Of a stretch of 64,000 nt of DNA, positions 19,962-28,700 are shown piece by piece (position 1 is the stretch's first letter; every line of letters begins with the position of its first letter). Both the position numbers and the translations under genes were made by a program. The DNA is from Thermoplasmata archaeon (GTDB lineage: Archaea > Thermoplasmatota > Thermoplasmata > Lutacidiplasmatales > UBA184). Location of the stretch: assembly GCA_049285595.1 (NCBI GenBank), contig JBAQAF010000015.1:30733-94732 (forward strand), read 5' to 3'. The notes beneath the pieces were generated by a model. That model ran no database searches, was not told where the DNA came from, and worked only from the letters and a program-made list of their open reading frames with translations.

Positions 19962-22445
19962 TTACTTGGGGCCGGTCAGACCGGTCCCGGGGAGGGCAAC
20001 ATCGGACGGATCCGACGGGGCGTTCTTGGTCGGGGGGCGGCCGGACCGGCGCCAGGCGAGGGCGAGCCCTCCGCCGAGGAGGGCGAGCACGGCGACTACC
20101 AGACCGAAGGCGAACGGTGCGCTGAGAAGAGGCGCCTTCGTCCCGGGGAGAACGTTCGGGGCGGACGCGTGCCCCCCCGAGGGAGGGTCGGCGAAGCGGA
20201 CGGTGACGGTCAGGTTCGCCCCGTCGACCGTCACGCTCCCCGAGGCCGGGGTCGGGACGAACCGGGTCCCGTTGCAGAGGCTCACGTTACCGACGGTAAA
20301 GTGGAACGTTCCGTTGGGGAGAGTGAAATTGATCGCCGAGCGGTACGGGCCCCATCCACCCGAGCCGTTTCCGCCCCACGCCGGGGACTCCGCGATCGGG
20401 GCCGACCCCCATCCGCCCGGTCCGCTGCCGTTCAGAGACACCCACCAGAACGTTCCGTTCGGAAGCCCCGACTCAACGAACGAGACCGTGTAGAACGTCT
20501 CCTCGGCAAACGCGATGCTCACCGTGACGTTCGCCCCGTCGACCGTGACGCTGCCCGATGCAGGGGTCGCCACGTAACGGTCATCGAGCGAGGAACCGTT
20601 CGAGCAGAACGGAGTCGGGCCGCCCCAGACATAGGGGAATGTTCCGACGGAGTAGCCGTACGTCCCGTTCGGCACCTGGAAGGAAACGGCGGAACCTCCC
20701 GAGAGGTTGAACGCGCCGCCGGTCGAGTCGTTCGAGAGGGCTACGGACCAGAACGACCCGTTCGGCAGGCCCGCTTCGACAAAGGTGAGATGGTACAGCG
20801 AGACGGAGGAGAACGTGATATTCACGACGAGATCCGTTCCGTTCAACGTCACGTTCCCCGACATCGGCGAGGCGGTGTCGAGCGCGCCGGCAGCGGAGAC
20901 GTTGCCCACCGAGAAGTTGTACGATCCTTCCGGTACGGTGAAGCCGATCGAGCTCGAGCACGAGGCGTTGAAGTAGACCGAACCGCCCCAGGCAGGGGTC
21001 GCTCCCTTCCAGCCGCTCGCGTTACCCCCGAACGAGGAGTTGTCGAGCGCGACCGACCAGAACGTGCCGTTCGGTAGCCCCGTCTCCTCGAACGTTACCG
21101 TCGAGAAGGTCACGGGAGCGAAGGCGATGTTGACCGTGACGTTCGACCCATCGACCGTGGCGTTGCCGTCCTGGGGCGTGGCAATGTACTCGCCCCCGAA
21201 CGAGGAGCCGTTCCCCGTGCCGTTGCCACAGAACGGTCCGTACGCCCACGGAGAGCCGAACGGTACGCCAACGGAGAAGTTGTAGGTGCCGTTCGGAACG
21301 ATGAATCCGACGGTGGAGTTCGCGGAGACCCCGACGCTCCCACCGGTCGAACTGTTCGGGATCGAGACAGCCCAGAGCGTACCGTTCGGAAGGCCGGTCT
21401 CCACGAAGTCGAGCGAGTAGAGCGCCTGGCGGGCGAACGAGACGCTGACGACCACGTCCGATCCGTTCACGGAGACGTTCCCCGAGATCGGGGCGGGCAC
21501 GTAGAAGCTGCCGTTCGTGCTGACGTTGCCGACGGTGAAATTGTACGTACCGTTCGGAACGATGAACCCGAGGGAGCTGTTGGACGAGACGTTGAAGAAC
21601 CAGCCGGAGGAGGTGTTCGAGATCACCACGTACCAGAACGTCCCGTTGGACGCTCCGACCGGTAGCCCGGTCTCGTCGAACGTCAGATTGTAGAGCGGTA
21701 CCGAGGCGAAGCTGACGTACAGCGTCACGGACGTGCCGTTGACCGTTACGTTTCCCGACGCTGGGGAGGGGACGTAGAGGGCGCTCTCGTTCGTCACGTT
21801 GCCGATCGAGAAGTTGTAGGACCCGTCCGGCACCGCGAAGGCGACCTCGGTCGTCGTAGAGCCGTTCCAGTAGGTGGTGCCGAGGCAGGACGGAGACCAG
21901 GCGCTCGTCCCTCCGAGCCCCGAGCCGTTCTCGAGGCTCGATAGCTCCGCGGACCAGAACGTGCCGCTCGACAGTCCGCTCTCGACGAACAGCACGTCGT
22001 ACAGCGGTTCGACGGAGAAGGCGACCGGGACGGTCGCCGGCGACCCGTCCACCGTTACCTGCCCGGACGACGGGGTCGCGGAGAAGACCGCGGTCGCATT
22101 GGAAGTGTTCGAGACCGAATAGTCGTAGGTACCGTTAGGAAGCGAGAACCCGATCGTTTCGTTGGAGGAGCCGTTCGACTGCCAATCCGAGCGGACGGAG
22201 TCACCGAAGAGGCTCACCGACCAGTTCGTTCCCGTCGGGAGCCCCGACTCGCTGAAGGTGATGACGTACGCGGAGTGGTGACCCCAGTCCGTCCCGGAGC
22301 TAGGGCTCGGAGCGGCGGGATGTGCGTGGCCGATCAAGGGCGCCGCCATGACGATCGAGGAGGAGGCCGCGAGAATGAAGGCTACGAGGACCGAAACAAC
22401 GACCGCCTTGCGACCGAAACTGAGCTTCGCCATGGCGTCCGCCAA
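19962..22445 (-). CDS. Large secreted tandem-repeat surface protein, heavily N-glycosylation-sequon-rich, with a C-terminal TM anchor
   Basis: 827 aa. N-terminal signal peptide (MADAMAKLSFGRKAVVVSVLVAFILAASSSIVMA). About 7 repeats of roughly 100 aa, each beginning [VL]xF[VE]E[ST]GLPxGTxWxVxL and containing GSYNFSVGNVS ... SGNVTV. Dozens of N-x-S/T sequons. C-terminus has a hydrophobic helix followed by RRSGRPPTKNA. Confidence 0.7.
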   Translation of the reverse strand: MADAMAKLSFGRKAVVVSVLVAFILAASSSIVMAAPLIGHAHPAAPSPSSGTDWGHHSAYVITFSESGLPTGTNWSVSLFGDSVRSDWQSNGSSNETIGFSLPNGTYDYSVSNTSNATAVFSATPSSGQVTVDGSPATVPVAFSVEPLYDVLFVESGLSSGTFWSAELSSLENGSGLGGTSAWSPSCLGTTYWNGSTTTEVAFAVPDGSYNFSIGNVTNESALYVPSPASGNVTVNGTSVTLYVSFASVPLYNLTFDETGLPVGASNGTFWYVVISNTSSGWFFNVSSNSSLGFIVPNGTYNFTVGNVSTNGSFYVPAPISGNVSVNGSDVVVSVSFARQALYSLDFVETGLPNGTLWAVSIPNSSTGGSVGVSANSTVGFIVPNGTYNFSVGVPFGSPWAYGPFCGNGTGNGSSFGGEYIATPQDGNATVDGSNVTVNIAFAPVTFSTVTFEETGLPNGTFWSVALDNSSFGGNASGWKGATPAWGGSVYFNASCSSSIGFTVPEGSYNFSVGNVSAAGALDTASPMSGNVTLNGTDLVVNITFSSVSLYHLTFVEAGLPNGSFWSVALSNDSTGGAFNLSGGSAVSFQVPNGTYGYSVGTFPYVWGGPTPFCSNGSSLDDRYVATPASGSVTVDGANVTVSIAFAEETFYTVSFVESGLPNGTFWWVSLNGSGPGGWGSAPIAESPAWGGNGSGGWGPYRSAINFTLPNGTFHFTVGNVSLCNGTRFVPTPASGSVTVDGANLTVTVRFADPPSGGHASAPNVLPGTKAPLLSAPFAFGLVVAVLALLGGGLALAWRRSGRPPTKNAPSDPSDVALPGTGLTGPK
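20000..22300 (-). repeat. Tandem intragenic repeats (about 300 bp per unit) inside the surface protein gene
   Basis: Recurring DNA strings (for example gaccgtgacgctgcccga / gaccgtcacgctccccga, and the ttcgccccgtcgaccgt variants) in phase with the protein repeats. Confidence 0.5.
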
Positions 22446-22612
22446 AGCGGGCCGCTCAGGATATACTTGATCGGGCGAGCGCGGGCGGCGCCACCCAGGG
22501 CCGGTTCGGTGACTCCGCCGCGCCCACTCCGGGTCGGGAGTGGGTTCTTCGGCGTTCGACGGCCGCGATTCTTTATATACGACTTTAAATAGTCCCCCGC
22601 CGGGGCAGTACC
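22446..22612. promoter_or_regulatory. Divergent promoter region with archaeal TATA-like boxes
   Basis: ctttatatac (22571-22580) lies about 35 nt upstream of the TBP TTG start (22613). ggatatac (22460-22468) lies about 20 nt upstream of the surface-protein ATG on the other strand. Confidence 0.4.
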
Positions 22613-23161
22613 TTGGTCAGGATTCGCATCGAGAACGTCGTCGCATCGACGTCCCTCGGAGACCAACTCGACCTGCAATCGATCGCTCTGGGGCTCGACG
22701 GCGCCGAGTACGAACCCGAGCAGTTCCCCGGACTGATCTACCGCCTCAAGAAGCCGAAGACCGCGATCCTGCTCTTCCGCTCCGGCAAGGTCGTTTGCAC
22801 CGGCGCGAAGAGCATGCACGAGGTCGAGGAGTCGATCCGTACCGTCGCCGCGCAGATCCGCAAGGGGGGCCAGAAGATCAAGAACAAGCCGAAGATCGAG
22901 GTCCAGAACATCGTCGCGAGCTCTGACCTCGAGAGCGAGATCAACCTCAACGCGATCGCCGTTACGCTCGGACTCGACCGGGTCGAGTACGAACCCGAGC
23001 AGTTTCCTGGCCTGGTCTGCCGCATCGAAGAGCCGCGCGTGGTCGTCCTCCTGTTCGGCAGCGGCAAGCTCGTCTGCACCGGCGCTCGCAAACCGTCGGA
23101 TGTCGAGGTCGCCGTCAAGAAGATCACGAAGGAGCTCCAAGGCGCCGGGCTGTTGCGGTAG
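22613..23161 (+). CDS. tbp: TATA-box binding protein
   Basis: 182 aa with two direct TBP repeats (EYEPEQFPGLIYRL ... LLFRSGKVVCTGAKS, and EYEPEQFPGLVCRI ... LLFGSGKLVCTGARK). TTG start, TAG stop. Confidence 0.9.
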   Translation: MVRIRIENVVASTSLGDQLDLQSIALGLDGAEYEPEQFPGLIYRLKKPKTAILLFRSGKVVCTGAKSMHEVEESIRTVAAQIRKGGQKIKNKPKIEVQNIVASSDLESEINLNAIAVTLGLDRVEYEPEQFPGLVCRIEEPRVVVLLFGSGKLVCTGARKPSDVEVAVKKITKELQGAGLLR

Positions 23162-23170
23162 CCTACCGGC

Positions 23171-24052
23171 GTGCCGAGCGTGGCGCTCCCGCGGGACCTC
23201 CCGGTCGTCGACCATCATTGCCACCTCTCCCCCGATGGCGAAGGGGTCGCCGCCGCCGCGCGTTTCCGGTCGGCGGGGGGCACCCACCTGTTCCTTGCGA
23301 CGCAGAACTACGCGCGGCGACCGCTCACGAGCCTTGAGGACTATCTTCGACAGTTCGAGACGACGGAAACGCTCGCTCGGCGAGTCCTCGAGGAGACCGG
23401 CGTGACGGTCTACGTCGTCGTGGCACCGTATCCGATCGATCTATTGGAGGCGGCCGGCGAGATGGGTCTGCCGGCGGCGCTCGACCTGCACTGCGCCGCG
23501 CTCGACCTGGCAGGGCGCTGGGTTCGGGAGCGTCGGGCGGTCGCGCTCGGGGAGGTCGGCCGGCCCCACTTCTCCGTCGAGGCGTCACTCGAAGCGGCCG
23601 GCAACGATGCGTTTGCCCACGCTCTCGGCGTCGCCCACGACGTGGAATGCCCGGTGGTAGTGCACTCGGCCGACCTCGACCCAGCGGCGTATCGTCGCCT
23701 GGCGGAGGAGGCCGCGAAGGCGGGGGTGCCCGCCCGCCGGGTCGTGAAGCATTACGCTCGGCAGCGCACGACATCGGCCGACGCCGCCGGGATCGCTCCG
23801 TCGTATCTCGCTCGCCGCGAACTCGTCCGCGAGGTGACCGACGACCCGGCGCCGTGGTTCCTCGAGACCGATTTCCTCGACGATCCGGCGCGACGGGGGG
23901 CGGTGCTCGACCTCGAGACCGTCCCCCGGCGAGCGCGAGCGATCGCGGAAGCCTCGGGAGGGTCGGCCGAGCGGTTGTGGAGGCCGTTCGTCGACTCGGT
24001 CGAACGGGTCTACGGTTGGCGGCCCGAGGTCGCGGAGGCGGCGGCTCCATGA
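23171..24052 (+). CDS. TatD-family metal-dependent hydrolase
   Basis: N-terminal VVDHHCHLS motif and overall TIM-barrel hydrolase pattern. Stop overlaps the next start (ATGA). Confidence 0.7.
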   Translation: MPSVALPRDLPVVDHHCHLSPDGEGVAAAARFRSAGGTHLFLATQNYARRPLTSLEDYLRQFETTETLARRVLEETGVTVYVVVAPYPIDLLEAAGEMGLPAALDLHCAALDLAGRWVRERRAVALGEVGRPHFSVEASLEAAGNDAFAHALGVAHDVECPVVVHSADLDPAAYRRLAEEAAKAGVPARRVVKHYARQRTTSADAAGIAPSYLARRELVREVTDDPAPWFLETDFLDDPARRGAVLDLETVPRRARAIAEASGGSAERLWRPFVDSVERVYGWRPEVAEAAAP

Positions 24053-24687
24053 CACGGGCAGCTCGACGGCGCGGACTCCTCGTCGCCCTCGAGGGGATCG
24101 ACGGTACAGGAAAGTCGACGCTCGCCCGGGCCCTCGCCTCGGCTCTGCGCCGTCGGGGGTGGTCCGTGGCGGTCCGCCGGGAGCCGGCCGATCCACGTCT
24201 CGGCCGCTTGGCGCAGGAAGCCAGCGTTCGAGATCCGTGGACCGGGGCGGTCTACTTCACCGTCGACCGTCATCTCGCTCGACCGGCACTGCGACGCGAG
24301 CTCGCGCGTCGAGAGATCGTCCTCACCGACCGATCGTTCTTCTCCACGCTCGCCTACCAGGGGAGCGCCCTCCCCCCCCGCGAACGAGCGAGACTCGAAC
24401 GGCTCCAGCGCGGGGCGAGCGTCGCTCCGGACCGTGTGCTGCTGCTCGAGCTCGCCCCGGGGGAAGCGCTGCGCCGGCTCACCGGTCGCGCCCGCGCCCG
24501 GGCCCCCCTCGAGCGGCGTCGGACGCTCGAGCGGGTCGCCCGGGCCTACCGCCTCCTCGCTCGCCGCAGGGGGTGGGTCGTCCTGGACGCGCGTCAGTCG
24601 CGCCCGGTGCTGTTGGCGGCGGCTCTGGAGGCGCTCGACGCCACGGGCGGGTCGCGAACCCGGCGACGCGTCGCAGGGCACAGATGA
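24049..24687 (+). CDS. tmk: Thymidylate kinase
   Basis: P-loop LVALEGIDGTGKST, DR(H/Y) motif FTVDRHLARP, and LID region. Start at ATG 24049, inside a longer low-complexity ORF (23647..). Confidence 0.75.
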   Translation: MTRAARRRGLLVALEGIDGTGKSTLARALASALRRRGWSVAVRREPADPRLGRLAQEASVRDPWTGAVYFTVDRHLARPALRRELARREIVLTDRSFFSTLAYQGSALPPRERARLERLQRGASVAPDRVLLLELAPGEALRRLTGRARARAPLERRRTLERVARAYRLLARRRGWVVLDARQSRPVLLAAALEALDATGGSRTRRRVAGHR

Positions 24688-24718
24688 TATCCGCCCACCG
24701 GGTCAGCAGGGAGGTCCG

Positions 24719-25876
24719 ATGACCCCCGCGTCACGCATCCTGCTGAAGGAGGAGACCCTCGACCCGTCGTTCGTCCCCCCGCGGCTCGTGCGGCGCGAGG
24801 AAGAGCTCGCCCTCCTAGGGAAACGGTACCGCGAAGCGCTCCCGAAGGGGCTCGCGTTCCATCTGCTCCTCACGGGGGGGATCGGCAGCGGCAAGACCGC
24901 GCTCGCGCGCCGGTTCTCTTCCGAGCTCGAGCGCGCCGGGCGGCTCGGAGAGTTCCCGGTGCGCTCGACGTACATCAACTGCTGGCGACGCGCGAGCGAC
25001 CGGACGGTGATGCTCGACCTCCTGCGGAGCGTCGACGTCTCGCTCCCCGATCGCGGGTACAGCCTCTCGGAGATGCTCGACGTCTTCGAGCAGGGCGTCC
25101 GCCGCAACCCCGCCCATCGGCTCATCCTCCTGGACGAGGCGTCCGCTCTGGTCCGCCAGGGGACGAAGCTCGTCTACCTCCTGACCCGGTCTCGGGAAGT
25201 GGAGCTCGGGGCGATCTCGCTGGTCCTGATCGCGTCCGAGGACCTCCTGACGTACCTCGACCCCGCGAGCCGGTCGAGCTTCGGGGTGACGCACCGGCTC
25301 TCGCTTGCGCCGTACGGTCGGGAGGCGCTCGTCGACATCCTCGACTCCCGCGCCGCGCTCGCCCTTCGCAAGGGGAGCTTCGACCGGGAGGTCCTCGGCC
25401 AGATCGCGCGGATCGCGGCGCCGAACGGGGACGCACGGTTCGCTCTCGAACTTCTCACCAACGCCGCTCGGGCGGCGGAGGATGCGGGGGCCGAGGGGAT
25501 CTCCGCGGAGCATGTTCGGCGCGCGAAGGGCTCGCTCCTCCCCACGGTCTCCGAAAGCCAGCTCGAGGAGCTCTCGACCAACGAGCTCGGGGTCCTCCTC
25601 GCGCTCGCTCGGACGCTCAAGGGGAAGGGGAGCTCGGTGACGAGTCAGAAGCTCCGCGCGACCCATACGGCGCTGCTCGAGGAGCTGGGTGCGGCGACGA
25701 TGAGTCGGACCACGTTCTGGCGGACGCTCAAGGAGCTCGAACGCGATGGCCTTGTCACGCTCGAAGCCGGAGCGACCGGCGAATCGAGCCATGTGGCGAC
25801 CGACGAGATGCCGGCGTCCTATCTCGCGACGCTCCTCGAGGAGCGGGTTGGGCGCGAGCGGGGCGGGAAAGCCTAA
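24719..25876 (+). CDS. cdc6: Orc1/Cdc6 replication initiation protein
   Basis: AAA+ Walker A LLTGGIGSGKTALARRF, Walker B LILLDEAS, sensor regions, and a C-terminal winged helix. Start at ATG 24719 (MTPASRILLKEETLDPSFVPPRLVRREEE). Confidence 0.85.
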   Translation: MTPASRILLKEETLDPSFVPPRLVRREEELALLGKRYREALPKGLAFHLLLTGGIGSGKTALARRFSSELERAGRLGEFPVRSTYINCWRRASDRTVMLDLLRSVDVSLPDRGYSLSEMLDVFEQGVRRNPAHRLILLDEASALVRQGTKLVYLLTRSREVELGAISLVLIASEDLLTYLDPASRSSFGVTHRLSLAPYGREALVDILDSRAALALRKGSFDREVLGQIARIAAPNGDARFALELLTNAARAAEDAGAEGISAEHVRRAKGSLLPTVSESQLEELSTNELGVLLALARTLKGKGSSVTSQKLRATHTALLEELGAATMSRTTFWRTLKELERDGLVTLEAGATGESSHVATDEMPASYLATLLEERVGRERGGKA

Positions 25877-25902
25877 AGCGGGAGCACCCGTCCTCGCGGC
25901 TC

Positions 25903-26817
25903 GTGGCCAGCTCCGACGTCGTCCGTCTGCCCGGGAGCGAGCATGGCCTACCGTCCTGGATCCGGGTGCGACCGCCCCGCGGCCCGGTCTACCCCGAGGT
26001 CAAGGGGATGCTCGAGGAGCTTCGCCTCGGGACCGTCTGCCGCGAGGCGCGCTGCCCGAACCTGGCCGAATGCTGGTCGGCCGGCGCGGCGACGCTGATG
26101 CTCCTCGGTACCGACTGCACCCGGCGCTGCGCCTTCTGTGCCGTCACCACCCACTGGCCCCGTGGGGTCGTCGACCGAACCGAGCCCGCCCGAGTCGCCG
26201 AGGCGGTCCGACGGTGGGGGCTGCGCTACGTGGTGCTCACCCAGGTCTGTCGGGACGACCTTCCCGACGGGGGCGCCTCCGTGATGGCCGAGTCGGTCGC
26301 CGCGATCCGTAGCGAAAGCCCGGGCACGCTCGTCGAGCTGCTGGTCGGGGATCTCGCGGGGGAGGAACGGTCGCTCTCCACGGTCGTCGACGCCCGACCC
26401 GACGTCCTCGCGCACAACCTGGAGACGGTCCGCTCCCTCTCCGCCCGGGCCCGCGATCCGCGCGCCAGCTACGACCGGTCGCTCGGGCTCCTGGCCCGCG
26501 CCCGTCGAATGGCCGGTGCTCGTCTCGTCCTGAAGAGCTCCCTCATGCTCGGCCTCGGGGAGGACGACATCGGCCTCTCGGACGCGTTCGCCGACCTGCG
26601 TCGTTCCGGGGTCGACCTGCTCACGCTCGGACAATACCTTCGGCCCGGTCCCCTGCACCTTCCGGTCGCCCGGTACGTCCCCCCGGACGAGTTCGAGCGC
26701 CTGCGCTCCGCGGCGCTCGCGGCGGGGTTCTCGGGCGTCGAAGCCGGACCGCTCGTCCGGAGCTCCTACCGCGCCGAGGAGCTCTACCGTCGTGCGTGCG
26801 CCGCGCGGGGGAGCTGA
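25903..26817 (+). CDS. lipA: Lipoyl synthase
   Basis: N-terminal auxiliary-cluster motif CREARCPNLAECW and radical-SAM CTRRCAFCAV, with the full-length LipA pattern. Confidence 0.85.
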   Translation: MASSDVVRLPGSEHGLPSWIRVRPPRGPVYPEVKGMLEELRLGTVCREARCPNLAECWSAGAATLMLLGTDCTRRCAFCAVTTHWPRGVVDRTEPARVAEAVRRWGLRYVVLTQVCRDDLPDGGASVMAESVAAIRSESPGTLVELLVGDLAGEERSLSTVVDARPDVLAHNLETVRSLSARARDPRASYDRSLGLLARARRMAGARLVLKSSLMLGLGEDDIGLSDAFADLRRSGVDLLTLGQYLRPGPLHLPVARYVPPDEFERLRSAALAAGFSGVEAGPLVRSSYRAEELYRRACAARGS

Positions 26818-26820
26818 TCG

Positions 26821-27180
26821 ATGTCGAAGAAGGGGCGGCGCAAGCTCGAGGAGGAGGAGGCGGCGGCGTTCGAGTTCCCCGTCTTCGACGAGGTCGCCTT
26901 CGTGACGAAGGAGTTCGAGCTCGCCTCCGCGGTCGCGATCGCCACGGTGTTCACGCTCCTGCTCGGAACGGTCGCCTGGGCCCTGACCCGATCGGGTCTC
27001 GCGTGGTACCTGACGTTCCTCGTCGGCATCGCAGGGATCGCCGCGAGTCCGTTCGCGATCCAGCGGGTGCGCGCCCGCTCCGACCTCTACACGAAGGGCG
27101 ACTGGGCCGGGTTGATCGCGCTCGAGTTCTTCGGCTTCCTCGCGCTCTGGTTCGTGCTGGCGAACCTTACGGGCGCGTAG
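26821..27180 (+). CDS. Small membrane protein (hypothetical)
   Basis: 119 aa with a basic N-terminus (MSKKGRRKLEEEE) followed by three hydrophobic helices. Confidence 0.4.
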   Translation: MSKKGRRKLEEEEAAAFEFPVFDEVAFVTKEFELASAVAIATVFTLLLGTVAWALTRSGLAWYLTFLVGIAGIAASPFAIQRVRARSDLYTKGDWAGLIALEFFGFLALWFVLANLTGA

Positions 27181-28597
27181 TCGTTCCGCCCGTCGGGCCG
27201 AGCCACGGAAGCCGTTTTTCGAGGAGATCCCGCAACGCGGTACCCAGCGCCACCGATTCGGCCGCGTCGCCCAGAGCCTTCACGCTCACCGCGTCCGGTC
27301 GGGCGGGAGCGAGGTCCTTGCCGAGCGACAACCGAGGAAGGCGTTCGCGCACGAGGGCCTCCACGTCCCGGATCTCTTCCCGGCTCTCGACCGCGAGGCT
27401 CCCGTCCGAGCGGACGTACGGACCCTGGAGCACGCCCATCCCTTCTCGCCCCCACTTCTCGAGGAACTCCCCGACGCGGTCGATCCCCGCCGGAGGACCG
27501 TCCCGCTGCCGGACCGCGCCGCGACGGGCGTGCGCCACCTCGACGACGACGACCACCCGGGCCGGATCGGCGGCGCTGGCGCTGCCGAGCAGTTCGAATC
27601 CCGAGCGGCCGATCTCCTCCGCGACGGCGCGCTCCGCCTTGCGGATCTGAGGATAGAGCGTGTCGTCGACCAGGTCGGGCCGGGGGAGCTCGAGGACGGT
27701 CACGTGGCTCGCCCGCTCGTGCACGAGCGCCCTCGCCCCCTCGAGGGAAAGTGAGGGTCGGGCGCGGGGCTCGAACCACGACGCGTCGGGCCGGGCGAGG
27801 TACTCACGGGCCGCGACGATCAGGACGCCGAGGTTCCGACGCGACAGCGCGCTCGAGACGTTGCGGTGCGGATCGACCGGGTCGGCGAGCACGAGCGCGA
27901 CCTCCGCGGGAAGGCGCGGCGGCTCCGTTCCGGGTTCCGCGAGCCGAACCGGTATCCGCCAGTCCTGGGCGGCTTCCACCAGCCGATGGAACGACCCGAA
28001 CCGAAGCGTGAGCAGCTCGACCAGGTACCCCGAGAGCCCTTCCGTCCGCGATTCGGAACCGTAGATGCCGAGGGCGCGGAGGAACTGCTTCGCGAGGCGC
28101 ACTTCCGATACGAGTTCGGGGGTCTCCCGGCGGGAGAGGTACTCCTGGTGGAACGGGGTCCGGTCGACGGGGGAGATCGGACGGGACGGATCGGAGATCG
28201 CGAACCCGGGCACCGCGTCGACCCGGAACCCGTCGTACGAACCGCGCAGGTACGGATGCTCGGCGTACCGGGTCTCCGTATCGGTCAGGATCGCGGTTCC
28301 GAGGGCGAGCCCCTCCTCCCGGAGCTTCTCCTTCGGCAGGTCCGGGGGGAACAACAGGAACAGGTCGACGTCCAGCCGGTCGTAGAGGAACGTACCGCGG
28401 GCGGCACTGCCCGCCACGATCGCGCGAACCAGGGGGCTCGAGCGCGCCCGCGCCGCCGCCTCCGCACGACTGACGAGCTCGGTGCGGACGCGGGCGAGGT
28501 GAGCGAGGAACTCGGCGCTCGGGGCGATCCGGGCCGCGACCGCCGCCTCGACGCGATGCGCCTCTGCGCCCGGGGAGCGGTCGGATGCCTCGCCCAT
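27167..28597 (-). CDS. cca: Archaeal-type CCA-adding tRNA nucleotidyltransferase
   Basis: Class I nucleotidyltransferase motif GSAARGTFLYDRLDVDLFLLFP and the archaeal Cca body. Start at internal ATG 28597 (MGEASDRSP...); the ORF is open to 28789. Confidence 0.7.
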   Translation of the reverse strand: MGEASDRSPGAEAHRVEAAVAARIAPSAEFLAHLARVRTELVSRAEAAARARSSPLVRAIVAGSAARGTFLYDRLDVDLFLLFPPDLPKEKLREEGLALGTAILTDTETRYAEHPYLRGSYDGFRVDAVPGFAISDPSRPISPVDRTPFHQEYLSRRETPELVSEVRLAKQFLRALGIYGSESRTEGLSGYLVELLTLRFGSFHRLVEAAQDWRIPVRLAEPGTEPPRLPAEVALVLADPVDPHRNVSSALSRRNLGVLIVAAREYLARPDASWFEPRARPSLSLEGARALVHERASHVTVLELPRPDLVDDTLYPQIRKAERAVAEEIGRSGFELLGSASAADPARVVVVVEVAHARRGAVRQRDGPPAGIDRVGEFLEKWGREGMGVLQGPYVRSDGSLAVESREEIRDVEALVRERLPRLSLGKDLAPARPDAVSVKALGDAAESVALGTALRDLLEKRLPWLGPTGGTTTRP

Positions 28598-28700
28598 CGA
28601 CCCCCGGGACGTTCGGCGGAAGATGAACCTTCGGCTCGATCGACCGATCGTGCGCCCCGGGGGCCTTATCGGTGCGCCGGGGCTTCTCCCCGGGGAAGCG

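Noticed and set aside
19614-21077. 487-aa plus-strand ORF antisense to the surface glycoprotein gene (and the similar long antisense ORFs 27866..29872, 29530..30807, 17934..19232, 12641..13771, 13500..15041, 36748..37815, 37651..38709, 42500..44206)
   Set aside because: All are extremely Arg/Pro/Gly-rich with no domain motifs, and each overlaps a gene with clear family signatures on the other strand or frame. They are high-GC artefacts.
24434-24718. Upstream 95-codon extension of the Orc1/Cdc6 ORF, and the 23647..24048 extension of tmk
   Set aside because: Both extensions are low-complexity Arg/Gly/Pro sequence overlapping the preceding genes. Conserved N-termini begin at ATG 24719 and ATG 24049 respectively.
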